NCBI GenBank assembly: GCA_002633005.1
Contig: NMRA01000557.1
Span: forward strand, 19,679-83,678
Source of the DNA: Phoronis australis
Lineage: Eukaryota; Animalia; Phoronida
Direction of reading: 5' to 3'
Length of the DNA: 64,000 bases
Part shown: in pieces, positions 54,879 through 64,000 of the stretch
Layout: each line of letters opens with the position of its first letter
Numbering within the stretch: the first letter of the stretch is position 1
The notes under the pieces: model-generated
What the model was told of the DNA's origin: nothing
The model's database searches: none
The model's input: only the letters and a program-made list of their open reading frames with translations
Position numbers and translations under genes: made by a program

Positions 54879-56065
54879 TAGCTCTGCTTCATCGAAGATA
54901 CATTTAGAAGCAGAGACGACCACTGGAAAAAAGTAAGCGACTTTTTAGGTGATAATTTTAGATGTAGAATGTATTTTTGATGTGGTGAAAACTTAATCAG
55001 TGAGCGGATTTCGCCTATCGCCCGTTTAAAATACACGAAACGAAATTAGTACAAAACGCGATACAACGTATTGTAATGCGAATCTGAATTTCATTTGCCA
55101 TAACAGCAATGCTTGTTTGGTATTTTTCGAACTAAACGGCCAAAAAGTGGAATAAAATAACAGAATACACTCTGCTAACGTATTGGGCAAATGAGCCAAA
55201 CGACAAGCTTTTGCCCCACTTCCCGTGACGTAACAGTTAAGTCTCACTTTGCTCAATTCCACGAGGCAACATATGTTGCCCCCCCCTGTGGTATCCTAGA
55301 TCCGCCACTGAATTCCAGACGTTAATTTTACTTAGACACAGCCCTAGACCTACCGGAGCTAACTGTTTGGCCAGGACGAGATGAGTGTGTACCTGAGCTA
55401 TGAACCTGAATTTTTTTATCAAAATATTTCGTAAACAATGATATCGAGTCGACCTAGTCAGACACTATACTATAGTACATGTGTTGTCTGTAATCTATGA
55501 CCTACTTTACTCCTGGAGTCCCAATAGTTGTGACCTACTTTTCATTTGGCGAAATTTAGCAGACGACAAAATAAAAAATAACGGTGAGTCTTCACTGATT
55601 TTATGCGAAAGATCATGAAATCTATGGAATCGTACAGATAATTCGACTTTAAGGTACATACCCAGCTTTACATGAACATATCGTATCAGTGACCTTGTCG
55701 TTTGTCAGATGAAGGTGGCCCCGGCCTCGGATTTTCGCTGGCTCACTTCTTTTTTCATCGTCACCTTTACAAATTCCCATATCATGAACGTACGATTCAC
55801 TGTTGAAAAGCATCGCCTCTTGTCTCTGTCGACGCGTTTTCAAATAGTGCAAAAACACTCATCGATTCCACCAGGAACGTTAGCAACAGTGTATTTGCCT
55901 CTGACATCTACGGTTCGAAAGTCGGGTATCACGTGACTTTTCGCATAGGGGTGAAGCTTGCGATAGGTCAATTACAATACATAACAGCAACAATATTTTG
56001 CGAGACATTTGTGATGATGATATTGATAATGAAAAAACGTGTGGTGACGTTTTGTAGTACTGCTC

Positions 56066-56369
56066 CAGTAGCGGATCAGGGACCCCATGTTGCCTTGGGG
56101 AACTTTTGAGCAGAGCGCGGCTGTATATGTACAGGCGTCCCGAAAGTTGCGGGGGACCGGAGTATGAACCTTCTGTTCGGGAAATCTATCGACTAAAAAA
56201 ATAAAATAAAAAACGGTTACGAGAGCCGTCACAATCTGGGGTCTGAGTCCCCCNCCCCCCCCCCCCCCCCAAGGCCCCTTCTCCAGTACCGGTCCTATAT
56301 TTCCTCACGCGTCGCGCTGTTGCTGTTTCATTTTGCTTGCAGCAGCCCCACCCCTTAAATCCGCCTATG
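56066..56369 (+). mobile_element. CA..TG MITE with 5-bp TSD
   Basis: cagtagcggatc..aaatccgcctatg; flanks tgctc/tgttc; shares an end with the 45327 family. Confidence 0.75.
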
Positions 56370-56554
56370 TGTTCCAATTAGTGATTTGATTAAAGGAAAT
56401 TATCAAGTAGTGTATGTTAACCCTGAGACTCTGACATCAACAAGTGATGGTGTGAAGCCGGCTTGCAAAACAAAAAATTAGCTTCGGAATTAACTTCCAA
56501 CGTGGCAATTGTGATAATCAACGAAGGACACATTGTGTTAAAATGGTGAGTTTA

Positions 56555-57463
56555 CAGTGGCGGATCCGGATATCACAAGGGGGGGCCCAACATTTTGTCC
56601 GGCTGTAAGCATTTGCACAAACCACGATTGTAGATGCGTATAACACCGAATGGGGGGAGGTCGGGAGGGGGGTTTGCCCCCCTCCCGCCTAGGAAAATTT
56701 TCTGTTTTTTCCTCTAAAAATCAAGCATTTTCCTTGATTTCTGAAGAATTATCCAAGAAAAAAAGGCAAAAAAAATCAACGGAGAACGTGTCAAACAGGA
56801 AAAACCGCACGCACCACAGACTCGAACTCACGAATAGAACACGCGTGCTTTACCACTACACCACCAAGATTTAACTACTAATGTTGTGGTAAGAGACCTA
56901 CTTGTTTGTGGTCCACAGCGTTTGCGCGCGAAACCTACTTTTTGTAATGCTTATTACACGTTTTATATTTTGTGCAATCGGTTCTTAACAAATTTGTTGT
57001 ATTTAAAATAGTCTTCAAATGCCCAAAAGACCGAATCCGTTTTTCGTGTGGGCAATAATGACGGGATTGCTTTGGAAATTGTATTAAGTTAAGGTTTGAC
57101 AAAGAGAGAATTATGAATTACTGAGTTACATGTATTCACCAAGGCTTCGATTAAAATTCACATCTTGCCAGCAGTTTCTGTTTTTTCATGATCGTCACTC
57201 AGGTTCCATTTTCTTTAAAAAATGAAATAAATTTTCTTCATTGCACACTGGAGCAGACGACGGAAACGGAGTCGTAGTACGCAGCGCCACTGCCAGTCGC
57301 CTGGGATATCACGGGAGAGCTTATATTTAGCCATAGATTAGTTCCCTNGGCGTTAATCAATAAACTCAACATTTCCCTACGCTTTTGCTGTTTTTTTTTG
57401 CGGCAGCCAAGGGGGGAGGGGGGGCCCAGGCCCCCTGGGCCTCCCCCGCTAAATCCGCCTATG
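56555..57463 (+). mobile_element. Full-length CAGTGGCGGAT MITE (~909 bp) with 5-bp TSD
   Basis: cagtggcggat..atccgcctatg; TSD gttta on both sides. Confidence 0.9.
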
Positions 57464-57605
57464 GTTTAATGCAGACAAAAATATTTTCAATAACATCTAT
57501 TCGTATCACAACAGGTTTCACAACTATACCTGTGGTATAGCTCATTGATCTATACTAACTGCTCTGGGCTGCCGGTCTAATAGTGTATTATCCCTTTCTT
57601 TTCAG

Positions 57606-57720
57606 ACAACAATGAAGAGTCCGTGGCAAAGGTCAAAGCCTGTCTGGTATGCGGTGGCGAAGGCTCGGGGTTTCACTACTGCGCTTACTCATGCCAAGCC
57701 TGTAAAGGATTTTTCAAAAG
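57606..57720 (+). CDS. Nuclear receptor DNA-binding domain, zinc finger 1 exon
   Basis: Polypyrimidine-cag acceptor; [27 protein letters not shown] (C-X2-C-X13-C-X2-C); phase-2 GT donor. Confidence 0.93.
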
Positions 57721-58611
57721 GTTTCACATAACGTTGTTAAGCATAGAATTAAACCTGTTTGATGGTTTTTTGTCGTACTTAACATTCCAATTAAACGCCG
57801 GATGAGCGCCCGTTTAGACTTGTACGGTACATGTACCTCGTTTATGTGAAGTTGCATCCTGGTGTGAAGTATCTCAGTGCAATAAGGCGGTGCAAGTTAA
57901 TAGCACCGTGAATTGAAAGTCACACTGTAACGCTACTGCCCGCGCCGTTTCCCTTTATCTCCTAGTTGTTCACATTTTTTGAATTAAAAGGATACTAAAC
58001 CCGTTTTGATGATTTCACTGAAACACTCTAGCCCTTTCTGCCGTTGAACATTTTTGTAAAATGAAATATTGCCATGTCATTGATACAGTTCTTTTAATAT
58101 CAATGCGCCTTTGTTTTTTCTTATTTTTTTTCTAAGCATGTACCTTCTCATGACCAAAGAGGATCGGAAATGTAAAGCTCGTCAAAAACATCTTTTAAAA
58201 CAATTCCTGATGAAGGTGCAATCTACTACAGAGTTACTTTCTTTCCCCTGAGAACAGTTGTGACGACTTGGGGGGNNNNNNNNNNNNNNGGGGGTCGGTT
58301 AGAATGCGGTGCACTACAACTGATTCCGGTTTCATGGCCGATTAATTCTTGACTTTCGGAGACAGTTTCGGTCGGGGAAGGAGGAGTTGTGACAACTTGA
58401 GCCAACACAAGACATCTGTCAGTTTCTTGCTATGGACAAAAATTCCATTGTCGAATATATTTCCTGTATCCAGGTACATATCTTCCGTGGTCGCCACTAC
58501 TGTCCGCGATCACTTTACGGACGTACGCACACGGACACGAACAGTCGCAGAACCTTGGCTAGCTTATACAATGTATGTAGGCCTACATCTCGATGTGACA
58601 TTTTTATTTAG

Positions 58612-58745
58612 GACGGTTCAAAGAAAATTAAGCTACACGTGTAAAGCAGATAAGAATTGCGAAGTGACAGCTGAGTCCCGAAGCAAATGCCAGGCCTGCA
58701 GATTTGAAAAGTGTCTTCAAGTCGGGATGATATTGCCGGGTGCAC
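58612..58745 (+). CDS. Nuclear receptor DNA-binding domain, zinc finger 2 exon
   Basis: tttag acceptor in phase 2; RTVQRKLSYTCKADKNCEVTAESRSKCQACRFEKCLQVGM; donor C|gtaagt. Confidence 0.95.
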
Positions 58746-59779
58746 GTAAGTCCATTTCATTTTAATCAACTACTATATCCGTGTCCTTCATTCAAGTTGC
58801 ACCGCTTCAAAACCAGTAGCGGATTTAGGGGGGAGGGCTAAGGGGGCCATGCCCCCCTGAACTTCTCCCAGATTCCATTTTGCAGTATTGACTCTTCCTC
58901 ACTGCACGCAAATAATTGCAAACAATGCACTGTCGGTACTCCTATCAGAAACGATGCAAACATTAAATCCTGCCGGTGCCCTAAAAACAAATATCAAACA
59001 CAAAGCAGTAAATTTCAATGGGAAACCAAATAGAGTCAAATTGACACTTAGTGTATGGGTGTAATGATTTAAACTATTGACATAGAATAGTGAGGTGAAA
59101 TTTCACTTCTCTGCTATCAGACAATGGAAGGGATTTCTGGTTTCAAACAACAAAGGACACTGTCAACTCCTCTAAACTGCATTCAGAGCAAAAAGCAACA
59201 TTAATAGGCATGCGTTATGCATGTACCTCGCTTAATTCAACTGCACCCGGACCGAGAGGTGTTACCCGATTATGACAAAATCCAACTTATCTGGGAATGG
59301 GTGTGTGAAGTAAAACAACTGTAACAAGTAAAATTTCTGACGTAAACAAAACTCTCATTTTTTCGATTTTTGCATTTTTACATTCGGAGAATATCTAACA
59401 TCCAGACAATATAGGTTTTTTTTTGGTTCATTACCGCTTCCTCCCATTTCCAATGAGATTACTATGGTTGAAAGGTGGTTTAAGGTTCTGTAAGACCTAA
59501 CTGCCAAGTCTGCGTATTCAGGAAACATACGAAACCATTGATTCTGGCTAAGTATAAATAAAAAAATTCTGAGTGAAATCCGAAAGCCTGTACAATTTGA
59601 CTATTTGACTTTTTACCGTTAATTGGATCACGCGACTGTGTATTTTTAGTAAAATCTAACATCCGTGTAGCGTACAGTCACACGCACATTAGATGTCTCT
59701 CTTCTTGTTGTTGTTGACCCAGCGGTTTACACGCGTATAATAATAATACCGTAACATTGGCTCATAAAACTTTAGTTAT

Positions 59780-59876
59780 GATATGATACGATAAGATACG
59801 ATACGATACGATAAGATACGATACGATACGATAAGATACGATAAGATACGATACGATCTACTATCTTACGATACGG
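59780..59876. repeat. (GATAC/GATAA)n pentanucleotide microsatellite
   Basis: Seen directly. Confidence 0.9.
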
Positions 59877-60700
59877 TTAAACCTGAAACAATTAATAACG
59901 ATAATACAATATCTAATACAAATTGAAGTACCAAATACATCATACTAAAATACAGAAAACTGCATATCTAATAATATTATATCAACTCACAATTTGGCAA
60001 ACAATAGTTAGCAGAAACTTGTAGCTACAACAATTTCTATTACAACACTTTCTATGAGTTAATCAAATAATCAAAGAACTGAAAATAGTTGTTTCTAAAG
60101 TCAAAGTTTATAGTAAAACATCAAGAAACAAAGTTGTCTCTTACCAACGCTGGGTATCTGTGATATTTTTGAAGCAAGCAGCAGCCTCTCTCCAAGCAAT
60201 ATGAATTCTAGAGTAGCGAACAGAATATTTATACTGAACACAAGAAAGGTGGGCGAGATAATTCAAAACATGAAAACCCACAAACTTCCTCCAAAATGCT
60301 GCATCTAGTTCCAAAACAATTCTCTGAACAAGGTCGCTGGTTCCAAACCAATTCTGTGAATCAATCTGCTGGACTCCAGCAATGAACCCAAGTCATTACC
60401 AATTATGGTGCAGGACAATCAAGAGTTGAGTAATTCTGATGGACAAATAACAGATTATTGTTGTTGTCGGAAATGCCTCATCCCAAAGCTGACATGTTTT
60501 CAAAGACTTTAAGTTACACAACTTGCAAAACAAGGCACAATTGTTATTATAAACATCCCACAACTGGTAACAGACATGTGGTGAATCACTTCCCATGAAC
60601 TCCTAGGTTACAAATTTTGGTAAACAACCAATATGTTTGATTAATTATACACTAGTCACAAAAATTGCATAACTTTGCTTTTAATTAGACTAATTATAAG

Positions 60701-60848
60701 TAAGCGCTTTTTTAAGTGATAACTCAAGTTTGGAGTGTATTTTTGACGAGGTGAAAACTCAAAATCGGTGGCTGGATTTGGCCTACCGCCCGTTTAAAAT
60801 ACATGTAACGAAATGCGTACAGAAAGCGAATGGAAGTATTGTAGCCCC
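60701..60848 (-). mobile_element. Fragment of family B element (left end)
   Basis: Reverse-complement match to ~47631-47780 and ~25840-25985. Confidence 0.7.
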
Positions 60849-62337
60849 ATTGTCGATTGATAACGCAACTTGTAACCAAACCCCCTGTAGTGAGTTTCTT
60901 GGTCTTCGATTCGTCGATTTTTTCCATCGATTTCGCCGAGTACCCTTCCTCAGAGCGCGTTCATTGAGTTTTTGTCTAGTGTTGCGTATTGCGTATTTTT
61001 CTTGAGAACCACAAATTAACTTGCCATCATATCTCGCATTCTAAATAATACCTGCTGGGGAGAAGACATTGGCGTTCCGACATTAAAATCGATAAATCTT
61101 GACACCAGAGATTTATTAGAACATTGACACAGAACTACCGACATGCAATGTGGAGTTACGTCAGTGTTCCATGACATTTACTTTATGACACCTTGCTTTA
61201 GGCCTATCCACTATGTACATTTGTACAAATGTAAGCCTGTCGACCCCTACACATCTAAATCTGTTAACAATTATGTCTCTTCTGTTTATGAATGACTCAA
61301 CGTATTGAGTGCTCTTGTCGATTTCCAAAGACTATTCGTTTAGTTACGGGAATCTGTACTGTGTCATGCCGCATAGAGAGATTATTCAACAACTAAAGCT
61401 AGTGCGCCTACAATCATATACGCGTAGACATCCGATGCCAATGTACGTAACCATGTACATTACGCCGGCACTTGGACCGCCGGTCCATTTTGAATCTTGT
61501 CTACTCATGTGCAGAGCCGTTTTCGACGGTGTCATACTTGTGACAAGTCCTTACGTTAGCAATGTGTATGTAAACTTTAGATAAAATTTTATTCGAATCG
61601 GTTTGTAAATAACAGCTGTTGGGATGAGTAAACAAAGCCCATAACAATGTCAGCAGCTACTTTAACTTTCACAGCCACCACTGTTCACCAACCCATTTGT
61701 TCGTATTTGAACAGACCAGGGTGGCAAAATAGAGGAAATAGATACATGCAACTCCTCTGCATTCACGCTGAACAATTCATCGGTTTTTCTGCCAAAGTCG
61801 GTTTTAGGATGTGTTGTTGGATGGGATACTGGACTTCTTAGATTGGTCACCGTTGACAAAAGCAACATGTATAAAACCTGTGCCCTTTTCCAGTTAAACA
61901 CGCTTAAAATACTCTTCCATTGATGCTTTCAGTGTATGGTTACCCCGAATTTTCCAGGTTCGATTCAGCTCTTGTGGATATTGTAAAATTATACTTTTCT
62001 CGGCGATAATGTCCCTTTTGATGACGAATAACGACACATTTCGAATTTTAGACGCCCTTTTCAACTGCAGTAAGCAATTTTGCAGATTTGTTTTATTTTA
62101 CACTTAGCCTTTTTTCCCTGGGGATCGCGTTAAAATAAAAATGAAAGATTAAAAAAAAACAATTTCCCCACAGGTGTGCAAATATGTAGTTAGAAAAAAA
62201 TCACAAAATGTCGATCGCTGACTGCGTCCGTTTACTCATCGCTTGAGAGGTCTTGCTCAAAGATTAAATGTACCCATCCCTAAATCTGCCTATAAAAATC
62301 ACATTCCCCTATGAAGGAAAACACGATCTGTTTCTAG

Positions 62338-62517
62338 CGCTCCGTTACCATGAAAATGTTGTCAGCTGGCATACAAACCCAACGTCTCCAAAAGATGCAC
62401 CACTCCCAAATTGGGAACCTTACAGTGATGACTTTGTACAGGCAATGATCGACGCCCGACCTGATCTAGTACCGAAGGATGACGATTGCACTGGAGAAGA
62501 GCCTTTGGACGGTTGTG
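62338..62517 (+). CDS. Nuclear receptor hinge / LBD helix-1 exon (putative)
   Basis: ctgtttctag acceptor (alternative at 62317), phase 1 matching the upstream donor; DDFVQAMIDARPDLVP resembles LBD helix 1; donor G|gtaagt. Confidence 0.65.
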
Positions 62518-62677
62518 GTAAGTAAAAAATGCCGTGGGAGCTCATTAACGCTAGCCGTTTATAAAACACACGCGAAATTTTAGCTCAAAATGTTACACAA
62601 CGGATACATGCGATTATAAATGTGGATGCGATTGCTTTGGAAATCATCTTAATTTTAATGTTTGACATAGAGAGAAT

Positions 62678-63445
62678 CAGTGGCGGATCTAGGATATCAC
62701 AAGGGGGGGGGCCAACATTTTGTCTGGCTGTAAACATTTGCGCAAACTGAACCACGATTGTAGATGCGCATAGCACCAAATGGGGGGAGGCCCCTATCCC
62801 GCCCAGGAAATTTTTCTGTTTTGACCTCCAAAAATCAAGTATTTTCCTTGATTCCTGAAGTATTAACCAAGAAAAAAGGCAAAAAACACGGAGAACGTGT
62901 CAAACAGGAAAAAACGCAAGAACCAAAGACTCGATCTCACGACCTTGCGCATAGAGCGCGTGTGCGTTACCACTGCACCACCACGAATTAGCTACCAATT
63001 TCTTACTACGAGACGTACTTGTTTATGGTCCACAGCGTTTGCGCGCGGAACCTACTTCTTTTTGTAATACTTATTACACGTTTTGTGCCATCGATTCTTA
63101 ACAAATTTGTCGTATTCAAAATAGTCTTAAAATGCCCAAAAGCCCAAATCCGTTATTCGTGTTGGCAATAATGACCGGGGATTGCTTTGGAAATCATCTT
63201 AACATAAGGTTTGACAAAGAGAGTATTGCGAGTTTCTGAGTGATTCACTAATCTTACCAGCAGCGATTCACCCATCTTACCAGCAGCTTCTGTTTTTTCA
63301 TCGTCACTCAGGTTCCATTTTCTTTAAAAAATGAAGCAATTTTTCTTCATTGCACAGTGGAGCAGACGACGGAAACTGAGTCGTTGTGCGCAGCGCCACT
63401 GCCGGTCGCTTGGGATATCGCGGGAGAGCCTATACTTAGCCATAG
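62678..63445 (+). mobile_element. CAGTGGCGGAT MITE copy (right end not seen before the gap)
   Basis: Collinear with 56555-57345. Confidence 0.85.
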
Positions 63446-63500
63446 TTCCGTTACGAATGCGCCGTGTTCCGAATTTGACACTTGAAATTGGATTTGAGCC

Positions 63501-63834
63501 NNNNNNNNNNNNNNNNNNNNNNNNNNNNNNNNNNNNNNNNNNNNNNNNNNNNNNNNNNNNNNNNNNNNNNNNNNNNNNNNNNNNNNNNNNNNNNNNNNNN
63601 NNNNNNNNNNNNNNNNNNNNNNNNNNNNNNNNNNNNNNNNNNNNNNNNNNNNNNNNNNNNNNNNNNNNNNNNNNNNNNNNNNNNNNNNNNNNNNNNNNNN
63701 NNNNNNNNNNNNNNNNNNNNNNNNNNNNNNNNNNNNNNNNNNNNNNNNNNNNNNNNNNNNNNNNNNNNNNNNNNNNNNNNNNNNNNNNNNNNNNNNNNNN
63801 NNNNNNNNNNNNNNNNNNNNNNNNNNNNNNNNNN
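63501..63834. other. Assembly gap (smaller gaps at 17212-17244 and 58276-58288)
   Basis: N runs. Confidence 0.99.
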
Positions 63835-63836
63835 AC

Positions 63837-63839
<3 letters not shown>

Positions 63840-63899
<60 letters not shown>

Positions 63900-63926
63900 T
63901 TCCGGCACACGCACACACACACACAC
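63840..63926. repeat. (CA)n microsatellite
   Basis: Seen directly. Confidence 0.97.
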
Positions 63927-64000
63927 TAAAACTGCACACATTATTAAATCTTGTTCCAACCGCATAATGTTAATTACGGTGTTTAATTAATAAACTCAGT

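Larger units (their letters stand above)
52999..55075 (-). mobile_element. Family B element interrupted by two MITEs
   Basis: Three segments are reverse-complement homologs of 25839-26545. Confidence 0.75.
52744..55245. mobile_element. GAG..CTC-terminal DNA element (possibly MuDR-like) nested in the MITE
   Basis: Absent from copy 1; imperfect TIR (tgtgacgtcaccggaa / ttcccgtgacgtaaca); flanks acttgc/actttgc suggest a ~7-8 bp TSD. Confidence 0.55.
52007..55310 (-). mobile_element. CA..TG MITE (paralog of 45327-45646) with nested insertions
   Basis: Same termini and same aattc TSD at the equivalent position. Confidence 0.85.
48657..55970. mobile_element. ISL2EU-like deletion derivative, copy 2, expanded by nested insertions
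   Basis: Collinear with 44277-46312; termini aat|ggacctatcgc..gcgataggtca|att; ORF 55649-55858(-) SYVHD..HLHL..ICSCKAG. Confidence 0.8.

Noticed and set aside
62174-62267. Strong-looking acceptor (ttccccacag) as the next receptor exon start
   Set aside because: All three frames hit a stop within 50 nt; acceptors at 62317/62338 keep the frame.
63324-63990. Long ORFs (147-219 aa) at the window end
   Set aside because: Artefacts of the N gap and (CA)n repeat.

Overview
This is AT-rich, intron-containing animal genomic DNA with small N gaps. It is probably from a marine invertebrate such as an echinoderm (inference from repeat style). There are no prokaryotic operons, rRNA genes or CRISPR arrays. 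Host-type genes: (1) a + strand nuclear receptor with four phase-compatible exons (38469-38935, 57606-57720, 58612-58745, ~62338-62517) that continues past the window and has an atypical first zinc finger (P-box CQACKG); (2) a multi-exon G2E3-like HECT E3 ligase pseudogene on the - strand (~880-7413). Most of the rest is transposon debris that can be resolved by TIRs and TSDs: four ISL2EU-like THAP elements (AT TSD), two Kolobok derivatives (TTAA), a large family of CA..TG MITEs with 5-bp TSDs (one subfamily carries a tRNA-like Pol III cassette), a hairpin-ended 8-bp-TSD family, Mutator/TcMar/Harbinger MITEs and a decayed LINE. A five-level nested insertion sits in the receptor's 18.7 kb intron. 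I found no intact novel multi-gene system. The best leads are the divergent receptor, the tRNA-like cassette in the MITE and the hairpin-ended element. All calls were made by eye without database searches.
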